Assembly (NCBI GenBank): GCA_043771335.1
Contig: JAYVHM010000003.1
Span: 29,268 to 93,267 of the forward strand
Direction: 5' to 3'
DNA length: 64,000 bases
Origin: a bacterium
GTDB taxonomy: Bacteria; Patescibacteriota; Minisyncoccia; Phycocordibacterales; UBA5272
Made by a program: the position numbers and the translations under genes. Positions 27,827 through 36,556 of the stretch are shown one piece after another; position 1 is the stretch's first letter, and each line of letters begins with the position of its first letter. Under the pieces are notes generated by a model. It saw only the letters and a program-made list of their open reading frames with translations. It ran no database searches and had not been told where the DNA came from.

Positions 27827-29656
27827 ATGTTAAAAGACTTAGAAAAAAAGCTATGTAATTGTTTTGGGGTTAATGAGGTCAATCTATCTTTTATAGAAGA
27901 TACTAGATTTGGCGATGTTACAACTAGTCTCGCCATGATAAATGCAAAATCTCAAAATGATAACCCTGTAGCTTTGGCTAAAAAGTATGTAGATATTTAT
28001 AATAATGACATAGAGTTAAAAACTATTTTCAAAAAAGTGGAAGTGGCTGGGCCTGGATTTATTAATTTTACTTTTACAGATAATTTTTTATTAGAAAATT
28101 TAAAAATAGATTTAGAAAAAGTTAAGAAAGATATAAAAGAAGAAAGTGAATACTTTAATAAGTTGGTTTTAGTAGAGTATACTGACCCTAATCCATTTAA
28201 AGTTTTTCATATTGGCCACCTCATGACAAATATTATAGGGGAGTTTGTGGCGAACGCCTATGAAGTGGAGGGTGCAGATGTGAAGAGGGTGAATTATCAA
28301 GGTGATGTTGGTCGCCACATAGCGATTAATATATATGCTATTTTAAAATCAGAGAATAGAAAATACTTTGAAGAGCTAAAAAATTCTAAACAAAGTCTAA
28401 AAGAGAAAGTTACTTGGCTGGGACAAATGTATGCAGAGGGTTTTGCTGATTTTGATACCGAAAATAGCGATGAGACAATAAATAAAGAAGAAAAGGCAAT
28501 AGTAAAAAAAGTAGAAGAAATAAATAAAAAAATATATGTTAGGGGCGATGAGGAAGTGAATGCTATTTATGATATTGGTAGAGCTTGGAGTCTTGAGTAT
28601 TTTGAAAGTCTCTACACATTACTTGGTACCAAGTTCGACAAGTATATATTCGAAAGTGAATGCGCAGAAATAGGTAAAAATACAGTTCTGAAAAATATGA
28701 AAAGTGAAGAAGGTGGTACTCCTATTTTTGAGGTTGGCGAAGAGGGAGCTATTATTTATGATGGAGAAAAAGAAGGGCTCCACAAAAGAGTATTTATAAA
28801 CAAGAATGGACTGCCTACATATGAAGCAAAAGACCTAGGTAATATGCAAATCAAAAAAGAAACTTTTCCTAACCTTTTTGAAAGCTTTGTGATTACAGCC
28901 AGTGAGCAAAATGACTACTTTAAAGTTCTGTACAGTGTAATAGGAAAACTTTATCCAGAATTAAAAAATAATCTAAAGCATGTGGGTCATGGCATGATGC
29001 GTTTTGCTGATGGTAAGATGAGTAGCAGAAAAGGAAATATTATAGCTGGTGATGAGTTAATAGAAAATGTAATGGATAGCTTGCGAGCGAGATTTGAGAA
29101 TAGTAGAGTTAGCGACAAAGAGGAAAAAGAATTTCTGATAGAAAAAGTTTCTATAGCAGCTATAAAATATTCCATATTAAAGCAAGCCATAGGAAAAGAT
29201 ATTATTTTCGATATGGAAAAGGCGATAAATGTAGAAGGTGATAGCGGTCCATATTTGCAATACACGCATGCTCGCATCAACGGAATACTTTTGAAGACAA
29301 ATGAAATAAATAGTAAAAGTTTTGTAAATAAAATATTAAGTATTTTTAAAAAAGAAATAAAAGTAAATCCAAATTATGAAGAAATTGGAAATAAAGATAC
29401 TGATTTGAATGAAGTTAAGAAATCTCTAATTTTAAATGTATTAAAATACGAAAAAGTTTTACAGGAGAGTGCAAGAGAAAAATCCCCACAAAAAATGGCA
29501 ACTTATTTGATTAACTTGGCTCACTCTTTTAACGCTTTTTACAATAAAGAAAAAATAGAAGGTAATGACGAGAATATATTTCTGGCCAGTAAAGTAAAAG
29601 ATATATTAAAAGACGGACTAAGTCTGCTGGGAATATACGCACCTGAAAAGATGTAA
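27827..29656 (+). CDS. argS: Arginyl-tRNA synthetase
   Basis: ArgS N-domain (RFGDVTTSLAMINAK), class I HIGH motif FHIGHLMTNIIGEF, KMSSRKGN (KMSKS-like). 609 aa. Start 2 nt after the dcd stop. Confidence 0.8.
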   Translation: MLKDLEKKLCNCFGVNEVNLSFIEDTRFGDVTTSLAMINAKSQNDNPVALAKKYVDIYNNDIELKTIFKKVEVAGPGFINFTFTDNFLLENLKIDLEKVKKDIKEESEYFNKLVLVEYTDPNPFKVFHIGHLMTNIIGEFVANAYEVEGADVKRVNYQGDVGRHIAINIYAILKSENRKYFEELKNSKQSLKEKVTWLGQMYAEGFADFDTENSDETINKEEKAIVKKVEEINKKIYVRGDEEVNAIYDIGRAWSLEYFESLYTLLGTKFDKYIFESECAEIGKNTVLKNMKSEEGGTPIFEVGEEGAIIYDGEKEGLHKRVFINKNGLPTYEAKDLGNMQIKKETFPNLFESFVITASEQNDYFKVLYSVIGKLYPELKNNLKHVGHGMMRFADGKMSSRKGNIIAGDELIENVMDSLRARFENSRVSDKEEKEFLIEKVSIAAIKYSILKQAIGKDIIFDMEKAINVEGDSGPYLQYTHARINGILLKTNEINSKSFVNKILSIFKKEIKVNPNYEEIGNKDTDLNEVKKSLILNVLKYEKVLQESAREKSPQKMATYLINLAHSFNAFYNKEKIEGNDENIFLASKVKDILKDGLSLLGIYAPEKM

Positions 29657-29716
29657 AACTTATTAACACTTAGAAAAAGTATTCTATGATATAATGTATA
29701 TAATAAAGAAATTATT

Positions 29717-30823
29717 ATGAAAAAAAATATATTAATAACAGGATGTAGCGGTTATGTGGGGGCGATGTTAGTGGATCAATTTCTTCATAATGACGAAGTG
29801 GGAACGATAGTAGCAATAGATAAAGAGCCATTAGAAGAGCTCGTAATGGACGATAAGAATACCGCACTCAGATCAGAGAAATTAATTTTCATAAATAAAA
29901 ATCTTAGCGATAAGGCCTGGATGGGTGAAGCCTTACACAAATTATCTACAAAAAAAGCTGATAATAAGAACTTTGACATAGTAATACACACTGCATGGCA
30001 AATACGTGAGATGTATGGCAAGAAGAATCTTCAGTGGGCCTGGAACGTAGATGGCAGTGATAATGTTTTTGATTTTGTTTTTAATAATAAAATAAAGAAG
30101 CTAGTGCATTTTTCTACTGTTGCTAGTTATGGAGCTTTTGCGAGTAATAGCATCTCTCACTATTTTAAAGAAGATGAAAAGTTTAGAAAGACAGATTATC
30201 TTTACGCTGAAGAGAAGAGGGTGGTTGAGGAGAATCTAGAAAAGAAATACGCAGATGCAGTGCGTCACGGATATGACGGTCAGGTTGTAGTTATAAGACC
30301 AGCAGCCATATCTGGACCACGTGGCCGCCTTGGTCGTATTCGTTTTGGCTTACAGTCAGCATTATCAGGCTCACTTAAAGGAGAAAAAAGTATTGCTTAT
30401 ACTGTTGTCGCAGCAATGACAAAGTTCACTCCAGTTACAGAGAAGTGGCTAAGGCAATTTGTTCATGAGGACGATATCGTTGACCTTGTGATAAAAAGTG
30501 CGACCACTAAGATGCCTAAAAATTATGAAGCCTTTAATGTATGTCCCCCAGGAGAATCAGTGATGGGTAGTGACATGGCAAAAGCAGTAAATAAAAAAGC
30601 TATAAAATTAAACCCGCAATTTATACGTTTTGTATTTTTCTGGATGTGGCACCTGACTCATGGTAAGATACCAACTAGTCGCGGTAGCTGGAAAGGGTAT
30701 TCATACCCCATAGCAGTAGATGGTTCACGTATTGCCAGTATTTTTAATCACACGTATAAAATGTCATGCCTTGAAGCTTTTACAAAAAATGAAGGCAGGT
30801 ATGCAGGGAGGTATGTAAAGTAA
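29717..30823 (+). CDS. NAD-dependent epimerase/dehydratase (SDR-family) protein
   Basis: MKKNILITGCSGYVGAMLVDQF Rossmann motif. 368 aa. Confidence 0.6.
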   Translation: MKKNILITGCSGYVGAMLVDQFLHNDEVGTIVAIDKEPLEELVMDDKNTALRSEKLIFINKNLSDKAWMGEALHKLSTKKADNKNFDIVIHTAWQIREMYGKKNLQWAWNVDGSDNVFDFVFNNKIKKLVHFSTVASYGAFASNSISHYFKEDEKFRKTDYLYAEEKRVVEENLEKKYADAVRHGYDGQVVVIRPAAISGPRGRLGRIRFGLQSALSGSLKGEKSIAYTVVAAMTKFTPVTEKWLRQFVHEDDIVDLVIKSATTKMPKNYEAFNVCPPGESVMGSDMAKAVNKKAIKLNPQFIRFVFFWMWHLTHGKIPTSRGSWKGYSYPIAVDGSRIASIFNHTYKMSCLEAFTKNEGRYAGRYVK

Positions 30824-30832
30824 GGTTGGTAT

Positions 30833-30861
30833 TTGTAAAAGTCTTCTAAAAATGTTAGTCT
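30833..30861 (+). promoter_or_regulatory. Promoter TTGTAA-N17-(TGt)TAGTCT of small-gene cluster gene A
   Basis: Conserved 45-nt block tttgTaaaagtCttCtaaaaatgttagtCttacat shared with 32523-32560. Confidence 0.4.
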
Positions 30862-30870
30862 TACATAGTA

Positions 30871-30888
30871 ATTCGTAACAATACGAAT
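30871..30888 (+). promoter_or_regulatory. 5'-proximal stem-loop ATTCGTA-acaa-TACGAAT in the gene A leader
   Basis: 7-bp perfect stem starting 2-3 nt after the predicted TSS. AGGAG SD at 30904-30908. Confidence 0.4.
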
Positions 30889-30914
30889 CCTTGTATTCTA
30901 AATAGGAGTCTTGT

Positions 30915-31643
30915 ATGCATAATTTGTTTGAACTACTTCGTAAATTAACAAAAAATGAAAGTAGAAAAAGTGGATTTTGGTCAGCTATTAAACTTATAAT
31001 TATTGCATTTTTAGCAATTGTATTAGCTACTTTTACTTTTTCTTTTATAATTCTATTTTCTTTTCTCTTCTTACTTCCTTGGCTACTTTTTAGTGGAAGG
31101 GGTAAGGTGCAGAATCTAAAAATGTTTTTTATTAATAAGGGTTGGGTGCAATTAAAAGATATTGTAAAGTTTTTGAATCTGAGTAAATGGGAAACTAAGA
31201 TGGTTCTCCATTACTCTCTTCTACACAGTGGTGCACAAATAAAATACACTGTTAGTGAGAAATTTTTTAAGGATATTTCAATCAAGGAACTAGAAGAGTT
31301 TACAATATTAAGATCAGTGCGTACCTATAATGTGCCTACTCCTTTTGAAAAAGGTAAAGTATTTAAGCTCATTTTTCATGAAAAATATGAACAGGGTAAA
31401 ACTTTTAACATAAATTATGTAGATTACAGCGAATATGTTTTAGATGTAGATACAAATTTTTCTGTAAAGAAATTTTTTTATCGAGACCTTATAGGCTACA
31501 TGGTAGATAATCCTGACAAGGATGTCACCTTGGAAAAACTTGGGTTTTCAATTGAGATTTTTGTACCTACAAAAATAAAAGGTAAAAAGATTAAAAAAGA
31601 AAAAAGTAAGTTTAGTTTTGGTTCTGTTTTCGGATATAGATAA
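30915..31643 (+). CDS. Hypothetical membrane-anchored protein (cluster gene A)
   Basis: 242 aa, two N-terminal TM helices then a soluble domain. Strong SD AGGAG 7 nt upstream. Confidence 0.5.
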   Translation: MHNLFELLRKLTKNESRKSGFWSAIKLIIIAFLAIVLATFTFSFIILFSFLFLLPWLLFSGRGKVQNLKMFFINKGWVQLKDIVKFLNLSKWETKMVLHYSLLHSGAQIKYTVSEKFFKDISIKELEEFTILRSVRTYNVPTPFEKGKVFKLIFHEKYEQGKTFNINYVDYSEYVLDVDTNFSVKKFFYRDLIGYMVDNPDKDVTLEKLGFSIEIFVPTKIKGKKIKKEKSKFSFGSVFGYR

Positions 31644-31671
31644 GTAACATAGAAGGAAGTTGTTAAAACAA

Positions 31672-31703
31672 TTTCCAAAGCGCGACCAAAGGTCGCGCTT
31701 TAT
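31672..31703 (+). terminator. Terminator after gene A
   Basis: aagcgcgaccaaaggtcgcgctt plus T-run. Confidence 0.6.
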
Positions 31704-31732
31704 TTTACTAAAAATATCTGTTTAGTCTTTTT

Positions 31733-31761
31733 GCAAAAATAATTATTTTGTGTTAATCTAA
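31733..31761 (+). promoter_or_regulatory. Promoter TTGCAA-N17-(TGt)TAATCT of gene B
   Basis: Same TTGCAA -35 type as the others in the cluster. Short 5' hairpin cttac-cgtttta-gtaag directly downstream. Confidence 0.3.
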
Positions 31762-31812
31762 GTATTCAACTTACCGTTTTAGTAAGCTCAGTTCTTTAAA
31801 CAGGAGAAGATA

Positions 31813-32097
31813 ATGGCTACATTAAACAGCCGAATACATGTGTCTTTTGTCGATGTACACACACCAACTGTTAATATTAACTTAGAAAAAGCTTTTAAGT
31901 TAATCAGGACAAATGGTAGGAGGGGTGCTTTTAAGCATTTAACCAGAAAACAATCATATTTTACAGCAAAGATTTTTGTTGCTAATTTAAATTTGAGAAA
32001 TGTTCCCCTCGCTTTCCAAAAAGATTTCTGCAAATTATGTTTAAAAACAAATATTAAGCCAGGATCTTTCAGGCAGCTAGATACATCTAATCTGTAA
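31813..32097 (+). CDS. Hypothetical small basic protein (cluster gene B)
   Basis: 94 aa, SD CAGGAGAAGATAATG. Contains KLIRTNGRRG. Preferred over the antisense ORF 31788..32150, which has F/L/K-rich antisense-type composition. Confidence 0.4.
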   Translation: MATLNSRIHVSFVDVHTPTVNINLEKAFKLIRTNGRRGAFKHLTRKQSYFTAKIFVANLNLRNVPLAFQKDFCKLCLKTNIKPGSFRQLDTSNL

Positions 32098-32131
32098 GTT
32101 TTAGTTTTTTTAAAAAAGAGGGAAAAGTTAG

Positions 32132-32479
32132 ATGATTGCACAAAAAACAAAAATCACAAAAGTTAAAATGGATGAAGTAAGAATGGAGATTCTCTATTTT
32201 GTCAGCCCAAATGGCTCGGTGCAGGCGAATGGAATACTGCAACAGTATGTCGATGACCAAGACATGCGAAAGGGTCTTAAGACTGTTGCTGGCGAAGTTG
32301 TAAAAGCTTATCAAATCAAAAGAGAGCTTATTAAATTAATAAGAACTAACAGAAACCTAAAAGATGTTGTAAAGTTTTATTCTCAACATTCAGAACAGCC
32401 TTTAAGAGATTTTGTTTTTATGAAAAGGAAAATCATACCAAAATCAAAAACTGAATTAAGAAAAATGCTCTCGAAGTAA
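32132..32479 (+). CDS. Hypothetical small protein with basic C-terminus (cluster gene C)
   Basis: 115 aa, SD AGAGGGAAAAGTTAGATG. Contains KLIRTNRNLK (shares KLIRTN with B). Probably co-transcribed with B. Confidence 0.45.
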   Translation: MIAQKTKITKVKMDEVRMEILYFVSPNGSVQANGILQQYVDDQDMRKGLKTVAGEVVKAYQIKRELIKLIRTNRNLKDVVKFYSQHSEQPLRDFVFMKRKIIPKSKTELRKMLSK

Positions 32480-32492
32480 TCCTCAGTGAGGT

Positions 32493-32525
32493 TAAGTAGC
32501 GTGAACCGCAGGTTCGCGCTTTTTA
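32493..32525 (+). terminator. Terminator after gene C
   Basis: agcgtgaaccgcaggttcgcgct plus T-run. Confidence 0.6.
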
Positions 32526-32526
32526 T

Positions 32527-32555
32527 TTGCAAAAGTATTTTAAAAATGTTAGTGT
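32527..32555 (+). promoter_or_regulatory. Promoter TTGCAA-N17-(TGt)TAGTGT of gene D
   Basis: About 45-nt block near-identical to 30829-30866. Confidence 0.4.
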
Positions 32556-32565
32556 TACATCATAA

Positions 32566-32586
32566 CTCACGAACGGTTCGTGAGTC
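32566..32586 (+). promoter_or_regulatory. 5'-proximal stem-loop ACTCACGAAC-g-GTTCGTGAGT in the gene D leader
   Basis: 10-bp perfect stem at the same offset from the promoter as the gene A hairpin but with different sequence. AAGGAG SD at 32597-32602. Confidence 0.4.
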
Positions 32587-32607
32587 TTAATTTACAAGGA
32601 GAAGATT

Positions 32608-32985
32608 ATGTACGCAAGAGATTTTTGTTACTGGTTACAGGGAGCTATTGAGCTTGGCGGACTAGACGAGAAAGCTTTTTCTGAAAATGTAAAAGTGGAC
32701 ATGATAGAAAATCATCTAAATATGGTTTCTCTCATGGATGAAAAAGATGAAAGTAGAGATGCTCGTAACTTTTGCCTTTTTCTAAAAGGGGCAATCGGAA
32801 TGAGAGACTCTTTTCCAGTTTCTTATGAAGATGTAAAAGCAAGACTGCATGGTGTATTTGAACACGAAATAGACCCAAGCTTTCCGGCAGAAAAAGCAAA
32901 ACAGTTAGATACAGCTCACAATCCAGTGAGTGCACAAAACAATCACCACGATATTGGAAGTTCCCATATTATTATTAAGTGTTAA
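32608..32985 (+). CDS. Hypothetical acidic protein with internal FC(Y/L)(W/F)L(Q/K)GAI repeat and His/Cys-rich C-terminus (cluster gene D)
   Basis: 125 aa. Repeats DFCYWLQGAIELGG and NFCLFLKGAIGMRD. C-terminal ...NNHHDIGSSHIIIKC. Confidence 0.5.
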   Translation: MYARDFCYWLQGAIELGGLDEKAFSENVKVDMIENHLNMVSLMDEKDESRDARNFCLFLKGAIGMRDSFPVSYEDVKARLHGVFEHEIDPSFPAEKAKQLDTAHNPVSAQNNHHDIGSSHIIIKC

Positions 32986-33007
32986 AAATTAGTTAAAAGT
33001 TATAGTT

Positions 33008-33048
33008 AAGCGCGCGCGAGGGACAAAGTCCCGAGCGCGCTTTTGATT
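33008..33048 (+). terminator. GC-rich terminator after gene D
   Basis: aagcgcgcgcgagggacaaagtcccgagcgcgctttt. Confidence 0.6.
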
Positions 33049-33094
33049 TAGTAAAATCACCTACTGGGTATTTAAGTAATTTCATTTGATATTT

Positions 33095-33123
33095 TATAGG
33101 TTTTGTGTTATAATCTGAAGTAT
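33095..33123 (+). promoter_or_regulatory. Promoter TTGATA-N17-TATAAT (extended TG) about 200 nt upstream of tuf
   Basis: Canonical hexamers. No ORF between it and tuf. Confidence 0.4.
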
Positions 33124-33323
33124 TCGCTTAGTGTCTGTGTATCCATTACATACGCACTATGACTTTACATGTTCTATGTATATGCGAAGGTCCTCTAATC
33201 ACGTTACGAATAGATGTAACGGGTAAATGACCGGTCAAAATCAGACCTAAACATTAAGACAGAATAGTCTTTAAAATTAACGCTTATTTAACAAAATTAA
33301 CTAAAACTAAAATATAAAAATAT

Positions 33324-34520
33324 ATGGCAGCAGAAGCTTTTAATCGTAATAAACCACATATAAATGTAGGTACAATCGGACACGTAGACCATGGAAAGAC
33401 AACTCTTACCGCTGGTATCCTTAACGTTCTTCACTTAACTAATCCTAATATTAAAGTAAAAGGAATAGATGAGATTGACAAGGCTCCTGAGGAAAAAGCT
33501 CGTGGAATCACAATTTCACTTTCTCACTCAGAGTATGAGACAGACGCTCGTCACTATGCGCATATCGATGCGCCTGGTCACGCGGACTACATTAAAAACA
33601 TGATCACTGGTGCAGCTCAGATGGACGGTGCGATACTTGTTATTGCAGCGACAGATGGTCCTATGCCACAAACTCGTGAGCACGTTATTCTTGCTAAGCA
33701 AGTAGGTGTGCCTAAGATGGTAGTGTTCCTTAACAAATGTGATATGGTTGATGATCCAGATATGATCGAGCTAGTAGAAGAAGAGATCCGTGAGATCTTA
33801 ACTAAAAATGGTTTTGATGGTGTTAACACTCCAATCATCCGTGGTTCAGGACTTAAGGCTTCAGAAGCTACTGATATTAACGACCCTTGGGCTGTTAAAA
33901 TCACAGAGCTAATGACAGCATTAGACACTTGGATTCCAACTCCAGAACGTGATACAACAAAACCATTCCTAATGCCTGTAGAGGATATCTTTACAATCGA
34001 AGGACGTGGTACTGTGGTAACAGGTAAAATCGAGCGTGGTATAGTAAAATTAAATCAAGAAATTGAAATAGTTGGACTAAAAGATACAGTAAAAACAACG
34101 GTAACTGGTATTGAAATGTTCAACAAGAACCTAAGTGAAGGACTTGCTGGAGATAATGCTGGTATCTTAGTTCGTGGTATTAAAAAAGAAGATATAGAGC
34201 GTGGACAAGTTTTATGTGCCGTAGGTACAGTAAAACCACACACAGACTTTGAGTGTGAAGTTTATATCTTAAAGAAAGAAGAAGGTGGACGCCACTCTCC
34301 ATTCTTTAATGGTTACAAACCACAATTCTATGTGCGTACAACTGACGTAACAGGAGATTGTGTATTACCTGCAGGAACAGAAATGGTAATGCCAGGAGAC
34401 ACAGTTAAATTAACAGTAAAACTTATCAAACCTATCGCTCTTGAAGAACAAGGCAGATTCGCTATCCGTGAAGGAGGTAAAACTGTAGGTGCGGGAGTTG
34501 TAACAAAAATAATCGCTTAG
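33324..34520 (+). CDS. tuf: Elongation factor Tu
   Basis: [24 protein letters not shown], and a full-length 398 aa match to EF-Tu. Confidence 0.95.
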   Translation: MAAEAFNRNKPHINVGTIGHVDHGKTTLTAGILNVLHLTNPNIKVKGIDEIDKAPEEKARGITISLSHSEYETDARHYAHIDAPGHADYIKNMITGAAQMDGAILVIAATDGPMPQTREHVILAKQVGVPKMVVFLNKCDMVDDPDMIELVEEEIREILTKNGFDGVNTPIIRGSGLKASEATDINDPWAVKITELMTALDTWIPTPERDTTKPFLMPVEDIFTIEGRGTVVTGKIERGIVKLNQEIEIVGLKDTVKTTVTGIEMFNKNLSEGLAGDNAGILVRGIKKEDIERGQVLCAVGTVKPHTDFECEVYILKKEEGGRHSPFFNGYKPQFYVRTTDVTGDCVLPAGTEMVMPGDTVKLTVKLIKPIALEEQGRFAIREGGKTVGAGVVTKIIA

Positions 34521-34577
34521 TTTTCGAAAGAAATTTAATAGATTTAAAACTTATTGCACATTAAAATAATTATTAAC

Positions 34578-34916
34578 ATGGCTACAAAGCAAACAAAAAA
34601 GAGTGTAGATACACCAAAGATTAGAATACGCGTTCGCGCTTATGAATCAAAAGCATTAGATCAGTCTGCAAAATTAATTGTGGATACTGCAAAGAGGTTA
34701 GAGGCAACAGTAATGGGGCCTGTACCACTTCCAACAGAATTTACAAAGTATACAGTACTTCGTTCTACTTTTGTTTATAAAAACGCTCGTGAGCAATTCG
34801 AGATGAGAGTGCATAAGCGCCTTATCGAAATAGAAAGCCCTAGTCAAAAAGTTATCGAAGCTCTCACCAACCTCTCACTTCCCTCTGGAGTCGATGTTGA
34901 TGTAAAGATACAATAA
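34578..34916 (+). CDS. rpsJ: 30S ribosomal protein S10
   Basis: [40 protein letters not shown]. Start at MATKQ (the track ORF starts upstream). Confidence 0.9.
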   Translation: MATKQTKKSVDTPKIRIRVRAYESKALDQSAKLIVDTAKRLEATVMGPVPLPTEFTKYTVLRSTFVYKNAREQFEMRVHKRLIEIESPSQKVIEALTNLSLPSGVDVDVKIQ

Positions 34917-34925
34917 TCTACAAAT

Positions 34926-35537
34926 ATGAAATTCCAATTAGCAGAGAAATTGCAAATGTCGCAAGCTTTTGATGATGCGGGTAATGTACACGCTGTCACC
35001 ATATTGCGTGCGCCAGGAGTAATAGTCACGAGTCTCAAGACCAATGAACGTGACGGATACCAAGCCATACAGGTTGGTATGGATGAACAAAAAAAACAAA
35101 GAGTTACAAAAGCAGAACTCGGTCATTTTGAAGGAACTGGTTACAAGACTGTGCGTGAGTTCAGAACTGAAACAGGTGATTTACAAAAAGGCGCTACTAT
35201 AAAAGCTGACATCTTTAATGCTGGTGATATAGTGCAAGTTGCTGGTCTGTCAAAAGGTAAAGGTTTCCAAGGTGGAGTAAAACGCCACGGTATGAGCGGA
35301 GGCTGGAATCAACACGGTCAGAAACACTCTCATAGAGAAGTTGGTTCTATCGGTTCTACAGGACAACAAAGAGTTAACAAGGGTAAGCGCATGCCAGGAC
35401 GCATGGGTGGTAATCGTGTTAGCGTTAAAAATCTTAGTATATTTTCAGTTGACGCAGTCAATGGATTTATATTAATCAAAGGTGCCGTGCCAGGTCGTCG
35501 CGGGACAGTAATAGAGATAATATCAAAATCTAATTAA
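34926..35537 (+). CDS. rplC: 50S ribosomal protein L3
   Basis: [16 protein letters not shown]... typical of L3. Confidence 0.9.
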   Translation: MKFQLAEKLQMSQAFDDAGNVHAVTILRAPGVIVTSLKTNERDGYQAIQVGMDEQKKQRVTKAELGHFEGTGYKTVREFRTETGDLQKGATIKADIFNAGDIVQVAGLSKGKGFQGGVKRHGMSGGWNQHGQKHSHREVGSIGSTGQQRVNKGKRMPGRMGGNRVSVKNLSIFSVDAVNGFILIKGAVPGRRGTVIEIISKSN

Positions 35538-35545
35538 GCACAAAT

Positions 35546-36202
35546 ATGAAAACAAATGTATACAATCAATCAGGTGAAAAAGCCGGAGATGTAGAATTAA
35601 ATGAAGGAGTATTTAATTACGCTTGGAATGGAGATTTGGTGCATCAAGTATTACAGTCTCAGATGAGTAATCAACGTGCGAACACCGCCCACACAAAAGA
35701 TAGATCAGAAGTGCGTGGAGGTGGAGCAAAGCCATGGGCCCAAAAAGGTACAGGACGCGCTCGTCACGGATCTTCTCGTTCTCCAATCTGGAGACACGGA
35801 GGAGTTACACACGGTCCTCGTAATGACAGAAACTATAAAGAGGTTATCCCTCGTGTTATGAAAAATAGAGCATTATTTGCACTACTTTCTCAGAAACTTC
35901 GTGATGGAAAATTACTCTTCGTAGATAATGTAGAGATAGAAGGAAAAACCAAAGACGCTAATAACGTTATGATTAACCTACAAAAGGTCGACGGATTCAA
36001 AACTATCAACTGGAGAAAACATAACAATGCAGTAATCTTTTCTGGTAACGCTACTAAGAAAACTTACCAAGCATTTCGTAATCTTCCAAATGTTAGATTT
36101 GAAAATATGGATCAGATGAATCCACTAACTATTGCTAATACTCGCTACGTTGTAGTTAGTAATCCTGCAATCATTAGTGAATATTTATCTGAGAAGGCAT
36201 AA
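35546..36202 (+). CDS. rplD: 50S ribosomal protein L4
   Basis: [29 protein letters not shown] typical of L4. Confidence 0.9.
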   Translation: MKTNVYNQSGEKAGDVELNEGVFNYAWNGDLVHQVLQSQMSNQRANTAHTKDRSEVRGGGAKPWAQKGTGRARHGSSRSPIWRHGGVTHGPRNDRNYKEVIPRVMKNRALFALLSQKLRDGKLLFVDNVEIEGKTKDANNVMINLQKVDGFKTINWRKHNNAVIFSGNATKKTYQAFRNLPNVRFENMDQMNPLTIANTRYVVVSNPAIISEYLSEKA

Positions 36203-36225
36203 ACTATATATTCTAAAATAAAAAT

Positions 36226-36546
36226 ATGAAAAAAACAGAAATAAAAAAAGAAGAATCTACAACCAAAGTGGTAGAAGCTAAAAAATATATAGTAAAGCCT
36301 AGAATTACAGAGAAAGCTAGTTTACAGTCAAATGTAAATGCTTATACTTTTGTAGTGACTACAGACGCTACTAAACTTAACTTAATAAGCGAGTTAAAAA
36401 GAGAGCACAATGTTACTCCTATAAAAGTAAATATTTCTAATTTACCATCAAAGCGTGTATTCGTGCGTGGTAAAAAAGGAGTAAAATCTGGAATCAAAAA
36501 AGCTACTGTGTTTCTTAAAAAAGGTGACACAATAAAGCTAAGCTAA
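36226..36546 (+). CDS. rplW: 50S ribosomal protein L23
   Basis: Position between L4 and L2. YIVKPRITEKAS...YTFVV pattern. Confidence 0.85.
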   Translation: MKKTEIKKEESTTKVVEAKKYIVKPRITEKASLQSNVNAYTFVVTTDATKLNLISELKREHNVTPIKVNISNLPSKRVFVRGKKGVKSGIKKATVFLKKGDTIKLS

Positions 36547-36556
36547 AATAGAACAT

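Noticed and set aside
31788-32150. 120-aa minus-strand ORF overlapping cluster gene B
   Set aside because: F/L/K-rich composition is typical of antisense frames in AT-rich DNA. It has no promoter or SD, whereas the plus-strand ORF has both.
1455-33175. Recurrence of the half-site CTTTACAT (1463, 3756, 33163) suggesting a regulon for the palindrome-binding XRE regulator
   Set aside because: An 8-mer of this composition is expected about 3 times by chance in 64 kb of 30%-GC DNA on both strands, so the recurrence is not significant without a genome-wide test.
33124-33323. Possible tRNA gene in the tuf upstream leader
   Set aside because: No GTTCRANYC T-arm motif, no acceptor-stem complementarity and no CCA-compatible 3' end could be found by eye. 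Kept only as an unexplained long leader.
33617-33928. Antisense ORFs inside tuf, rpoB, rpoC and dnaG (for example 33617-33928, 47671-48225, 49520-49852)
   Set aside because: They are shadow ORFs within strongly supported conserved genes. Ser/Pro/Thr-rich low-complexity translations argue against real genes.
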